Below, one piece after another: positions 25,992-38,459 of a stretch of 60,590 nt of DNA. Each line of letters starts with the position of its first letter. Position 1 is the first letter of the stretch. Made by a program: the position numbers and the translations under genes. The notes under the pieces are model-generated. The model did no database searches. It was not told the origin of the DNA and saw only the letters and a list, made by a program, of their open reading frames with translations. Origin of the DNA: Eledone cirrhosa. Lineage: Eukaryota. The DNA lies in contig CAXHJY010000934.1 of assembly GCA_964016885.1 (NCBI GenBank), positions 1 to 60,590 on the forward strand, read 5' to 3'.

Positions 25992-28900
25992 ATACAGTCA
26001 ATGCGATCAGTCGCATATTTTGGCGTGGGAGACTATTTATTAAATTTAAGATGAATACTATCTCCGACAGTAATGCCACAACTACAGTCATGTTGAATAA
26101 CTGGTTATTCTTCTAACTATATCTTCTGAAGACACCTTTTTTTCGAATTCGTAGAGACATCCGACTAAATACATAATTCATTTTACAAGGAGTTGCTACA
26201 AACAGCATGGCTGAACACAACATCAACAACAAAATTAAGGAAGTACCGAAGACAACCAACAAGAAAGGTAAACAAACTTTATTCAGTTGTAGCTACAGAA
26301 GAGACCGAAATTATAAATCGCATTTCTCTTGGAGTTGCGAACTTAAAAATGATTTATTTAATTGTTATAAAATGGCAAAAAACAATCCTTCCATTGGCTA
26401 TATGAACAGAATGAAGATACATTGGGACGAAATACACCCAGAGCTAAATCACTTAACAGCGAAACAATTACGCCAACAAGCGGCGTTTGTTGAACGTAAA
26501 AATAAGATAAATATTATTAATTGTAAGTCCCCCACAACAAACATGCGATCAACAACACATGCTACAGGTCGCCATGCTACTAGACTTCCTAGCAGCCAGG
26601 TCGAACAGTGCCTTGAAACAACTATACCTGTAAGAAACTTGACACCACCTGTACCATCTAAGTCTACCTCGAATGCTGGGGAAAACACTATCGATAATAA
26701 TATTAATCGAAGAAATAATAATAATAATCGCGAAAAAATTTGACACCACGTGTACCATCGGAGTCTACTTCGACTATTGTGGAAAATACTATCGATAATA
26801 ATAATAATCAAAAGTATAAACAATTGAAAATTTCCCTCAACAAAATCTTCCAGAGAGAAATTAATTCATGTATAAATATCTCTCTTGCTGAACGTATTAA
26901 AACAATATTATTTAATAAAAAAAAAAACAAATAATGAAATATTACGTGTTATTGACGAAATAGGGGATGAATATTTACGACAGATAAAACCCCCAACATT
27001 TTGGCAAATCAACGCCTGTTTATATGCCTTAGAAACGACAGTGAAGCATTATCTTGGTGATAGCAGAGATATTAACAAGAACAGAACACCACCAAAAATA
27101 CCATCATATATAACTAAAATAGAAAAAAAGATTGCTGACCTACGAAAAACCATAGGATATGTGACAATGCTTCTTACATGCAAACAAACACAAAACAAAC
27201 TCACTCCTCACCAACAAAGAGTGAAAAATAAAATAGAGACGATGTTTGGTAACAGTAGAACCAGAACTCTTCAATATAAGCTGATCACCGTCAAACAAGA
27301 ATTGAGAGCTGTTAGCGAAAAACGCCGATACCCGAAGAAGGTAGATGAGAGAAAAGTGCTTAATAAGAGATTCAGACGAAACCAAACATCAGTCTATAGA
27401 GATATGAAGAACAAAATAATAAGTGTCACTGAGGCCCCGACTAAATACATAATTCATTTTACAAGGAGTTGCTACAAACAGCATGGCTGAACACAACATC
27501 AACAACAAAATTAAGGAAGTACCGAAGACAACCAAAGAAAGACATAGATTCCTTTTGGATCAAAATATGGGGTGAAAAGAAGAATGTCAACCAAGATGCA
27601 GTGTAGCTAAGAGAAATCCGAAAGAACTATCGCTCCTACACTACAACAAAAACATACGAAATAAGTGAGGGTACTCTTGAGACTGTGATAGGAAAACTCC
27701 AAGATAAGAAAACACCAGGGAGAGACATGATTGTCGGCCACTGGTAAAAAAAAATGATATTCTATCGGAGGTATCTTACTGACATCTACCAACAAGTTCT
27801 TAAGGGAGATACACTTATACCAGAATGATTGACATTAGCACAAACATTACTGGTCCCCAAGAACAAAGACACCCACTTGGCAAAAAACTACCGACCCATT
27901 GCATGCCAGAACCTGATGTATAAGATGTATACAGCCTGCCTGAACCTATTCCTCCAAGATCACTGTGAAAATAATAACAACATCACAGATGAACAAGCAG
28001 CTGGAAAGAAAGGGGTTTGGGGATGTGCTGAACAACTCCTAATCGACAAAACTGCGATCTCGGAGGTGCGACAACTTAGGAGGAATATGGCTACAGTCTG
28101 GCTGGACTACAGGAAAGCTTTCGATTCTGTTCCCCACTCTTAGATGATAGAGGCCCTCCAACTTGCTAAAGTCCCAGACATTATTGTCAGAACCATAGAG
28201 AGGCTGTCCTCTTCTTGGGCTACTATCCTAGGGTTAAAGACAGAGAGGGAGGACTCTATTTTCACTGATAAAATAAAATATTGCAGGGGTATATTTCAGG
28301 GGGACAGTCTCTCTGTGATATTATTCATCTTGTCATTAAACCCCTTGTCCTTTCTGCTCAAGAAATGTGATCGATACATCATTGGCTCACAGGAGGACAG
28401 AAATACGAACCTAACCCATAATTTCTTTGTGGATGATCTGAAACTCTATGCCAAGAACATGGATGGGATGAAGAAAAATCTTGACCTGGTTACAACGTTC
28501 TCAAAGGATATAGGAACGGAGTTTGGCCAAGATAAATGCTCATACATGACTGTAGAGCGGGGAAAAACAACAACCCAATCAAGCAACATTGTCATCAATG
28601 GCCTAACTGTTTCACCGATATCTGATGAGAACTGCTACAGATACCTGGGGATAGATGAGAACATATCCTATAATGGTATCTGTAATAAAGAACGCGTAAC
28701 CAGGGAATACTACACCCGATTAAGAAAGATCTGGTCATCGGATCTCTCTGCGCAATACAAAACAGTGGCTCACAATGTGTTTGCTGTTCCTGTCCTAACA
28801 CCAACGTTTGGAATACTCAATTGGATGATAGACGAAATCCGAGCAGTTGATGTTGGAACTCGAAAAATACTAAACAACACCGGAAATATCCACATCAACA

Positions 28901-30216
28901 GTGACATAGACCGCCTTTACTTGAAACGTAAGCATGGAGGCAGAGGCCTAACATCAGTCCAGACAACATTTGAATGTCGCATCACATCTCTTCGACAACA
29001 TCTACGAACCTCGAAGCGTAGGAGCCCGTTTCTCGAGCAAGTCTATCTTCATGAATCAGATAAGATCATGAGAGTTGGGAAGGAACTCCTCGAGAGATAT
29101 TCCTTGTGTGATAATCAAAAACTCACACCCAGGGAAGTCGCTCAGCAGTATCGCAGTGAATCCATGGATGAAAAACTGCATGCTTATCAGCAAAAGATCA
29201 TGCATGGATATGTTTCCAGGAAGCTCCAGAGTGAGAGTAATATAGATAAGGAAAGTAGTCTATCTTGGACCAACAATCGCTATATTGGCTCCTACTTTGA
29301 AGGATACGCTTTTGCAATCCAAGAACAGGAGATTAACACGAAATACCTGATTCACAAAAGAGATAGGGATGCAGGCAAAACACCTACATGTGATAACAAG
29401 TGCAGACTCTGCAGAACTAACATCGAGGATATCACCCATGTCATCAGCAGCTGTCCAAAGATGTCATCGCGGTACTATTTACCTATGAGGCATGATGTAG
29501 TGGCCAAAACACTGTACAATGCAGTTCGTAAAAAGGATAGCCCCGATAATAAACACATTAAAAGCTTCAGCAATGTGGAAGACATCCATGTACATAATAT
29601 GAAAGAGTACTGGTGGAATGTTCCAGTAAAAACCCCAATAAAATGCAGGGATAACAGACCAGATATTATGATATGGGACAGGGAGAAGAAAGCATGCACA
29701 GTAGTGGAAATTAGCTGCCCAGCAGATGCCAATATAATATCAAAGATTAGCGAATAGGAGAATATTTATGCAGAACTGATGAGAAATCTGCAGATACTCC
29801 ACCCTGATTACACCTTCAGATTTATGCCTGTGATTATTGGGGCACTGGGATATGTTAGTAACTGCCTCAATACAAATCTTAAGAAGCTAGGCTTCACAGG
29901 AACAGAAAGAACACAACTAGTTAGGAAATTACAAGTACAATCCATTAATGTAACAGTAAAAATATGTAAAACATTCCAAAAATGTTGCATCTAATAACTG
30001 CATATACACATGTACAGATACAAAGCATATACACATGCACACATACAACTCAAAACATCCACATCCACACATACAATAACATCCATATCTACACATGCAT
30101 GCATACATAATCTACCTAGTTGATGTGTAAATTCCAATGAGATGTCTTGTGTCTATGTTAGAAACCGACTCTCTCTCTATTGGGAAAACTTTGTAAAATT
30201 ATAAAACCAGAAGAAC
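25992..30216 (+). mobile_element. Near full-length decayed R4/Dong-like non-LTR retrotransposon (RT and restriction-like endonuclease)
   Basis: NYRPIAC, WLDYRKAFDSVPHS, GIFQGDSLS, FFVDDLK, YRYLG, DRLYLKRKHGGRGL, CRLC..EDITHVISSC, RHD, RPDIMIWD..VVEISCP; multiple stops and frameshifts; (TACA)n on both flanks. Confidence 0.88.
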
Positions 30217-30233
30217 ATACATACATACATACA

Positions 30234-30315
<82 letters not shown>

Positions 30316-30319
<4 letters not shown>

Positions 30320-30722
30320 GAAAATGTGAAGTAGTTTCAGATGTTAAAATCCTTTATTGATAAGGCTGTAATACATATTTCAATGACGACAGTGGCCACG
30401 TGATTCTGCCCTAATTAGGGCTCGCATGAGAACGGGCGAAGGCTTCAAGAACATCATTGTCCGTTCCCTTGTCGTTTTAATTTGGATTGACTCGGGAACG
30501 TAACCTTATTATGTAAGAAGCTGTCTGATGAGATCATGGCACTGGTTAGGCGGAATCACGTGGCCACTGTCGTCATTAAAATATGTATCACAGCCTTATC
30601 AATAAAGGACTTTATCATTTGGAACTACTTCTCATTTTCTTATTCTAACCATACTCCGTTATTCCTATGTGGAATAAGTACGTTGAGTGCTTGAATTGAA
30701 TTGCATAAATATTTAACGTAAG
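30316..30722 (+). mobile_element. Small PLE-derived inverted-repeat insertion with hammerhead and tail
   Basis: IR ~30316-30412 / 30547-30644; gctgt-CTGATGA(30525)-hairpin-AAAA (GAAA in the inverted arm)-tatgta-TC-acagc; gagtgct at 30685; TA tracts both sides. Confidence 0.75.
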
Positions 30723-30740
30723 TATATATATATATATATA

Positions 30741-31523
30741 CTAGCAGAATGGTCCGGCGTTGCTCGGGATTTGCTATAGGGTTCTTATATATTTGATATA
30801 TATTTATCCTTATCGAACCTCGTGAAATAAATACGTTTGTTTATATTTTGTTATTGTGTATGCAAAAATATCTGTCCATAAATATATAATTATATATATA
30901 TATATATTAAAATAACAGACTAAAGTTTAAGCAAAGAATCACTGCTTTCACCCTTAACGGGATATTCTACCTAAAAGCAGTATGCAGTACACTAAGACTA
31001 ATTGATGTAATCTTTAGCCTTGTTTGTTTATATTTTGTTTTTGTGTATGCAAAAATATCTGTACACGAATATCTATATTAAAATAACATATTAATGTTTA
31101 AGTAAAGAATCGCTGCTTTCAACCTTAACGGGATCTTCTTAAACTAAAAAAATCAATCTGGAAAACAGGAAGACGATACTTTGGTTCGTGAAGACGTTCC
31201 CTGGCATAAGAATATATATACACACACAGACTGATCGCGTCATAATGACGTAATGCAGACAGTCAGGCATACAGACAGATATTATGAAGGCGCGACGTCA
31301 TATCTATGTATCTATCTAAAAAGAGAAAGACTAAGAGAAAGAGAAAGAGATCGCTAAATCGCCTAATGCGGTCCCTAGGGCATTGAAAATTTGAATTTTT
31401 TTGGCTCAAAACACTTCCGGGGTCATACGAGTTACATGTATAAAGTTTGAAAAAAACTGGTTGGGTACTTCTCGAGTTTTAGGGAAACAGACACACAGAC
31501 ATCCTCTGTTTTATATATATAGA
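30741..31523 (-). mobile_element. Non-autonomous Helitron
   Basis: Minus-strand 5' TCTATATATATAAAA and 3' hairpin cccgagcaacgccgg...ctgCTAG followed by T. Confidence 0.72.
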
Positions 31524-31603
31524 CTAGCAGAAAACCACCCACCGGGTGGTTTTCTGCTAGTATATATATATATTACATACACAGAAATGTATATATATAT
31601 TTC

Positions 31604-31634
<31 letters not shown>

Positions 31635-32098
31635 TACACACACAGAAATGTATATATATTTCTGTGTGTATATATATATATATTACACACACAGAAATGT
31701 ATATATATTTCTGTGTGTATATATATATATTTCTGTGTGTGTTTATATATATATATTACACACATACAGAAATGTATATATGTTTCTGTAGCACTCCTCA
31801 ATTCCCCCCCTCTCTCCCTCCCGCTATCCCCCTCTTGTAGTCTGTCTCTTTCTTTCACTCTCACTCTCTATCTACGCGTGCGCAAAAAACATTCGCACGC
31901 GCGCACGTGTTTTAGCGTCTATTCACTCTCTCTCTCTCCCTCTCTCCCTCCCGCTATCCCCCTCTCGTAGTCTGTCTCTTTCTTTCACTCTCACTCTCTC
32001 TCTACGCGTGCGCAAAAAACATTCGCATGCGCGCACGTGTTTCCACTATCGGACAGACAGACAGACAGAGAAATTGCTGGTTATATATTATAAGGAGA
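31524..32098 (-). mobile_element. Non-autonomous Helitron, head-to-tail with the previous one; internal minisatellite and ~126-bp tandem
   Basis: Minus-strand 5' TCTCCTTATAATATATAA; 3' cccggtgggtggttttctgCTAG; acacacagaaatg repeats 31570-31790. Confidence 0.55.
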
Positions 32099-32947
32099 TT
32101 ACATATACATATGTAACTATGTATATCATCATCATCATCCCCATTATATATATATATAATATGGGCCGAAGCCGAAAAAAATTTTGTTTGGCAGCTCTAA
32201 TTGCGCCTTAATTTTATTCAAAAAATTGTATACTAATATATTCGAATACCAGGCACTATTGGAATCAACAATAGCAGCGTCCTGAGGGTCATTACAAAAC
32301 ACAAATTCGCGAGAATTAGTGTTTAAGGCTTGGAAGGTGGTAAAAAAATCCACAAAATCTTCCATTCTTTTTTTAAAAAAATTTATTTTTAATAATATTT
32401 AAATAACTGGCGGTTAGAAAAAAATATTCCTATGAAATTTTAATCATACCATTAGGTGTGAATATGGAAATATTTTTTTATTGTCAAAACAAATGTTCAA
32501 AAGTTAAACTTCAATTTTTTGAATTATTTCCAATTTTTTCATGAAATTGAACACTGGACATTGGCTGCTGGAAATGGAAATTAAATCGTATTTAATTGTA
32601 TTTAAATTTCTAACCTTATTTTATTATTTATATTTTTTCAATAAGAAATAAAAAAAAACAACAAAAAAAATTGAAGAAAAAAATTGAACAAATCAAACGT
32701 AGGTTATGGAACTGCGCAATCTGATTAATAAATTACCTCATCAGCAGCAACCTTCTTCAAATGGTCCTTATTATCAGCAGCAACAACCACAAATTCAATA
32801 GCAACCTTCTTCAAACCACATGGTGTCAAGTCAGAACCGCCTCGAACTGGTTACTTCTGGCTTGTGCAAGGTGTCTCTATAGCAACCAGCGATTCCCTCG
32901 GCCTCAGTGACCAAAGTCAGTGGAGAGGGGAAGGTAATGTTTCTATA

Positions 32948-33109
32948 GCACGTGTTTTAGCGTCTATTCACTCTCTCTCTCCCTCTCTCCCTCCCGCTAT
33001 CCCCCTCTCGTAGTCTGTCTCTTTCTTTCACTCTCACTCTCTCTCTACGCACGTGTTTCCACTGTCGGACAGACAGACAGAGAAATTGCTGGTTATATAT
33101 ATAAGTAGA
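32948..33109 (-). mobile_element. Helitron 5' end fragment (family of 31524-32098)
   Basis: Aligns with 31903-32098; minus-strand TCTACTTATATATATAA terminus. Confidence 0.6.
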
Positions 33110-33112
33110 TAT

Positions 33113-33310
33113 ACGTTATTCCGGGTTGAATCGGAGGTAACCACAGTAAGTAAGGTACTCAATACATAGCAGCGTATAAAAGTTTTAATATAGATGAGAT
33201 TCTACAGGACTAGAACTGTTTCATTCTTTAGAAATCATCAGGAATTCATGATGATTTCTAAAGAATGAAACAGTTCTAGTCTCCTGTAGAATCTCATTTA
33301 TATTAAAAAT
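33113..33310 (-). mobile_element. Small PLE-derived inverted-repeat insertion with partial hammerhead and tail
   Basis: IR ~33183-33240 / 33249-33308; minus strand CTGATGA-tttctaaagaat-GAAAC...GTC; tail motif gagtacc (33154-33160). Confidence 0.65.
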
Positions 33311-33334
33311 TATATATATATATATATATATGTG

Positions 33335-33383
<49 letters not shown>

Positions 33384-33385
<2 letters not shown>

Positions 33386-33640
33386 GCACGTGGACTTGCG
33401 ATCATAATGTCGTGGGTTCGATTCCTGGGTTGCATGTTGTGTTCTTGAGCAAAACACTTAATTTCACGTTGCTCCAGTATACTCAGCTGAAAATGAGTAC
33501 CAGCAATAGCTGGGGGTTTAACCCTGCGATGGACTGGCATCCTGTCCAGACGGAAGTCTCGTACTCTCAGTCGCCTCACGCCATGAAACCGGGATAAGCA
33601 CCGGTTAAATGAGCCTTCTGGTTTAAGACAGACTTTAGAC
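33384..33640 (+). mobile_element. tRNA-derived SINE with CORE-like segment
   Basis: gtgggttcgattcc box B; ttgagcaaaacacttaatttcacgttgctccagtatactcagctg. Confidence 0.72.
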
Positions 33641-33651
33641 ATATATATATA

Positions 33652-34695
33652 CTAGCTGAATTACTCGCGCCTTGCTGCGTTTCACACAATTTTTTTTTGT
33701 AAGAAAATGTTGATTGATTTTAAATCAGTGATATAATTTTTGAAGAAAAACTTTGCATTTCAATATTACTTTATGTAAAATATAATGCATGAAAAATTGG
33801 AAAACATTATTTTTTGTAATCAATCAAATCAAAATTACATTATTAAATCTTATTCCTATTTTGTTTTTTGTAAATAATTTTTTTGAAAATATCAATTCAA
33901 AACTTGATCATTTCCTTTTTGTGTAAAGCATTATTTTCAAATTAGAAATTCAAAGTTTAATTATTGATTTTTTAACGTAATAAATACATAAAAATATGTT
34001 TCCTACTTTGTTCTAATGAAGAACTTCAGGGTAAACCACATTTCTTGTCTTTCTTTTGATTGGCTAAAATGTAGAGATATTTTGAAGTTCCAGTCCTTGA
34101 AACAGCCACATAAAACATACCATGACTGAAACATGGGTTTGTCAGATCTATACCAATAGTTTTGAAAGTTTGACCTTGACTCTTATTGATGCTCATGGCA
34201 AAGCGTGGCCTCACTGGGAACTGCAGCCTCTTAAATGTAAAAGGCAACTCGCTATCACTTGGTATAAGTGGAATCCTCGGAATGAGAAGAGCTTGACCTT
34301 TGTAAGCCCCGAATATAATGGTTGTTTCAATCAAGTTCTCATGCAATCTTGTTACAACACATCTTGTTCCATTTATTCGCCAACATTTTCACTATAGGGG
34401 GTTTAACCCCATTAGGGTGTCTTAATATTATTGAAATTTGCAGCAATTTTGTGAATAGGCATCATATCTTGTCATTTACCCATGGTTTAAATTTCATATA
34501 AATTGAAGGGGAAATATTTCCAGCGTGGGTTTTCAGCGGGGGTTTTAGCCCCCGGGGAACCCTTTGATTAAAATGAAATATACTTATCCAAGTACCCTGG
34601 GCAATGTAGTTTCAGAATATATATGGTTATGGGGATTTATCTCCAAAACCATAGGAGGAGTTCGTGTACAAAAAAACAAACAGACAGGAACTACA

Positions 34696-34705
<10 letters not shown>
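33652..34705 (-). mobile_element. Internally deleted Helitron retaining the PIF1 helicase C-terminus (34026-34380)
   Basis: LIPRIPLIPSD..LPFTFKRLQFPVR..AMSINKSQGQT..CFSHGMFYVAVSR; 3' hairpin cgcagcaaggcgcg...gCTAG. Confidence 0.88.
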
Positions 34706-34755
<50 letters not shown>

Positions 34756-34774
34756 TATATATACACCCACACAT

Positions 34775-35177
34775 ATTTCAAATTTCATACACTTAAAGCA
34801 GTTGACTTAATGGGTTTAACATTTCATTTTTTGACAAAACCTTTCTTGCTTGAAAATCTAATTCTCCTCTTTATTTTTCAGGTAAATAGCGAACTGATTA
34901 GACAACAGAAAGACATGGAACAACAGAATTGTTCCGCCATTGTTATTTTGGCGCGCGCAGGGCATACTGCCAATAAAATTGTAAAGTTGATGAAACTTCC
35001 AAAAGCAACAGTTTATCGTGTGTATAACCAATTTAAAGAAGAGGGAAAGATTGTATGAATGCGCGACCTTAGATTCGGGGTCCAGTTATGGCCACCACTG
35101 TATAGTGGAGGAGCCGTTTTAAAACTGGCCTCTTATCGCAAATACATTTTTTCCTTGACCTTTTATTTACGGATATC

Positions 35178-35182
<5 letters not shown>
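34775..35182 (+). mobile_element. Internally deleted Tc1/mariner-superfamily element (transposase N-terminal HTH, 34915-35058)
   Basis: MEQQNCSAIVILARAGHTANKIVKLMKLPKATVYRVYNQFKEEG; right end ...ggatatcctg|TA. Confidence 0.62.
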
Positions 35183-35212
<30 letters not shown>

Positions 35213-35256
35213 TTTACATATACATAAACTAGACAGAGCCATAGATATACATATAT

Positions 35257-35913
35257 ATGTGTGTTTTTGGCAACCATTCGCGGTGTGGCTCAATGCCGAA
35301 TTAATTAATTAAATAATCAACAATCAGAGAAATATACTAGAAAGTACGCCCATAGAATCATTTGATAAAATATATACAGTATTTCCTCTCCCAATCAGCA
35401 CAATCAACCACACACACAAAAAAAAAATCAATTAAACAAGGCCATAAGATTAAAAGGCACCTATGAAGAAACAATAGATAAATAAACATAGCTATTTATC
35501 CGCGATCAACAGCCACAGAATATTTACCAGTATTTCTAATAGCCCGTGGAAATCGATTAGATATATCGCCAACCATACACAATTAGGTACAAAATCAAAG
35601 TTAGAAGAAAAAATGTATATATGCTTATATACATTTTTTCTTCTAACTTTGATTTTGTACCTAATTGTGTATGGTTGGCGATATATCTAATCGATTTCCA
35701 CGGGCTATTAGAAATACTGGTAAATATTCTGTGGCTGTTGATCGCGGATAAATAGCTATGTTTATTTATCTATTGTTTCTTCATAGGTGCCTTTTAATCT
35801 TATGGCCTTGTTTAATTGATTTTTTTTTTGTGTGTGGTTGATTATGCTGATTGAGAGAGGAAATACTGTATATATTTTATCAAATGATTCTATGGACGTA
35901 CTTTCTTGTATAT
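35257..35913 (-). repeat. ~290-bp-arm palindrome with a one-sided tail (PLE-type architecture; no hammerhead core recognised)
   Basis: Arms ~35332-35621 / 35626-35913, loop tgct; tail with cattgagccac on the minus strand; ends in a TA tract. Confidence 0.8.
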
Positions 35914-36255
35914 ATATATATATACTGTATATATTTTCTCGCTCACATCTCACCCAGGTCAGATGGTCTTTATCTCTCGTCTATGATTTCACAGAACTTA
36001 AGTTCATAGATATCACGGACTTGTCTCTTCTCTTCCTCTCTTTCCGTTGCATTACCATCAATGTTTGTTTACATGTCTCGCTCGCTTCACCCTATTTTAC
36101 GTGTCCCAATAACTTTCTTTAGTTATTGCTCGCACCAACCAGAGGTATATGATCTTTAAAGCGAAGAAATACCAATTAAGGTTGGAAGATAACTGATGAA
36201 GGACTAGTTTTATTCATATGTAACCCATTTGTAACCTCGCAGCACGCCATTTTTC

Positions 36256-36311
<56 letters not shown>

Positions 36312-36509
36312 GGAAAATAGTAAAATCGAATCTCTGGCTGTTTGCAATTAAACTCGGCCTACTTATATGAAATGATGAGTTAGCAAAGCACTCGATAAGT
36401 TGGGGCCTTAGAGTGATAACATACGTTTAAATAGCTTGACAAATCGAACATTGTGCTAGGCGAATCTAACACACAATATATACCAAAGTAACGATAGAAC
36501 TAATCAGGT

Positions 36510-36569
<60 letters not shown>

Positions 36570-36573
<4 letters not shown>

Positions 36574-37035
36574 GAAGTTAATATGTCCAAGGGTACTAAG
36601 TACCCCTAGAAATACATAGGTTGTCTATGAATCAAGGTTGTTCAATGGTATTAATTTGACATACCAGAAATATTAAGATAAGCAGAACAAGCAAAATTCA
36701 ACCAATTTTTAAAAATAAATTAAAAAATATAATATAAATATTTACCTCTGCTAATGGCCCTTACTGATCAGTTTCGCTTTGTAAAACACCAAAAATTCAA
36801 TGGATATCTAATGGAAACCCAAAGTTCATCAGAGAAGCATTTTCCTTTCCTAGGGCTAAAGACCCAGGAACGATAAAATATATCGCCTACTGCCAGCTAA
36901 CACGGGTCTGATAAGGTCGTGAAAGTGACCCGTATGTGAACTGATCAGTAAGGGCCATTAGAAGAGGTAAATATTTATATTATATTTTTTTATTTATTTT
37001 AAAAAATTGGTTGAATTTTGCTTGTTCTGCTTATC

Positions 37036-37042
<7 letters not shown>
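36570..37042 (-). mobile_element. Small PLE-derived inverted-repeat insertion with hammerhead and tail
   Basis: IR ~36670-36773 / 36939-37042; tail 36570-36669; TA tracts both sides. Confidence 0.75.
36753..36841 (-). ncRNA. Type I hammerhead ribozyme motif
   Basis: Minus strand: aatgcttct-CTGATGA-actttg...caaagc-GAAAC-tgatca-GTA-agggccatt; palindromic stem III actgatcagt; A.C at the base of stem II. Confidence 0.72.
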
Positions 37043-37083
<41 letters not shown>

Positions 37084-37209
37084 AAGTTTTATTTAAATTG
37101 TTGGGTTACAACGAGTAAATATTTATAACTGATATAAAAGCACTCAACAAGTATTTGGAGTATATTTACGATATTAAATAAATGGAAACTATATTTATAA
37201 AACCATATT

Positions 37210-37275
37210 TATTTCATTATATATATTTCAGGGATATCATATTAAAAATATGGTATGCCTTCATCAGACAAAATA
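37210..37275 (-). ncRNA. Type I hammerhead ribozyme motif (left arm)
   Basis: Reverse complement of 37396-37461. Confidence 0.75.
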
Positions 37276-37395
37276 CAATATAAACAGTCTTATAAATAGA
37301 TAGATTTGACATACCTTACACTTCAACTTCCATTTAAATGGAAGTTGAAGTGTAAGGTATGTCAAATCTATCTATTTATAAGACTGTTGATATTG

Positions 37396-37461
37396 TATTT
37401 TGTCTGATGAAGGCATACCATATTTTTAATATGATATCCCTGAAATATATATAATGAAATA
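37396..37461 (+). ncRNA. Type I hammerhead ribozyme motif (right arm)
   Basis: tattttgt-CTGATGA(37404)-aggcataccatatt..aatatgatatccct-GAAA(37442)-tatata-TA-atgaaata. Confidence 0.75.
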
Positions 37462-37501
37462 AATATGGTTTTATAAATATAGTTTCCATTTATTTAATAT
37501 C

Positions 37502-37542
<41 letters not shown>

Positions 37543-37550
<8 letters not shown>

Positions 37551-37724
37551 AGAGTCAGGACCCCGACGGCTGAGGCCTTGCTGTTTCTACAGCTAGTTCT
37601 TGGAACTAGCTGTAGAAACGGCAAGGGGTCCTGACTCTTTATAATATAACCATACTCTACTACTCCAAGTATCGAGTACTTTGCTGATCAATAGTCTAAC
37701 CCGTTTCAAACTGAATCCATCCTG

Positions 37725-37727
<3 letters not shown>
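37543..37727 (+). mobile_element. Small PLE-derived inverted-repeat insertion (3' half of hammerhead only) with tail
   Basis: IR ~37543-37600 / 37603-37646; left arm minus strand GAAAC-agc...gcc-GTC; gagtact at 37674-37680. Confidence 0.62.
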
Positions 37728-37783
<56 letters not shown>

Positions 37784-37784
<1 letters not shown>

Positions 37785-38392
37785 TAGCAGCTGAGCCCGG
37801 TTGCACCCGGGGCCACTTTTTGTTAAGTTAATAATTTGAAAAATATTCCTTTTTTGTTTCTCTCTCTCTTTTTTCTGGGTTAGAAAATGATTAAAACGAA
37901 ATGTTTTACTTTGTGTGAAGTGTTAAGGTATTAGTTGATTTATTTATTATTTAACAATGGAATTTATTTATCTATTTATATATTTAATTATTGTCTATTA
38001 CCGGTTTCAGCATTTTTATGCAGTATAAAATGATAGTGAAATGTATTAGTGTGGTGTCGCACATGTTAAACAGAAGGTGCAGAAAGAATAATGTTATTAT
38101 TTACAAACAAGGTTTATGAAGTGAAAAGAAAAAAGAAAAAGGAAAAAAAAAACGTGCATAAGGTGGAACGTAAAAAGTCAATGTGGAAGAAAAAATAATG
38201 TTATTTACAAGCAAAGTCATTGAAGAATACATTTTCCTATTATTTTCTTTATTACTTTCTGCATTTAGATATCCTAAATAATTTTAAAAATTATGTTATG
38301 CAAAATTTAAATACCTTTTAACATCTTTTTTTTTTTTTTAAAGAAAATAGGGTTTGTCGAAAATTGTCGACTATTTTCTCTTTGCTACTGCT
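37784..38392 (-). mobile_element. Helitron 3' terminal fragment
   Basis: Minus-strand hairpin ccccgggtgcaaccggg followed by ctcagctgCTAG|T; 38224-38392 is shared (inverted) with 50359-50528. Confidence 0.6.
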
Positions 38393-38393
38393 G

Positions 38394-38459
<66 letters not shown>

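Larger units (their letters stand above)
37081..37503 (-). mobile_element. Small PLE-derived spacerless palindrome (arms 37168-37335 / 37336-37503) with tail 37081-37167
   Basis: Centre catttaaatg; each arm carries a hammerhead; agcactc at 37139-37145; TA tracts both sides. Confidence 0.85.

Noticed and set aside
32160-32940. Possible DNA transposon starting gggccgaagccgaaaaaaa
   Set aside because: No matching inverted terminus or coding remnant seen
34876-34886. ttttcag/gtaaat splice-like signals suggesting a host exon
   Set aside because: Lies in the leader of a Tc1/mariner remnant; no supporting exon chain
36902-36933. acgggt-ctgataa-ggtcgt-gaaa-gtg-acccgt as a minimal hammerhead
   Set aside because: Core lacks G8, has no stem III and has G at the cleavage position; probably a simple hairpin
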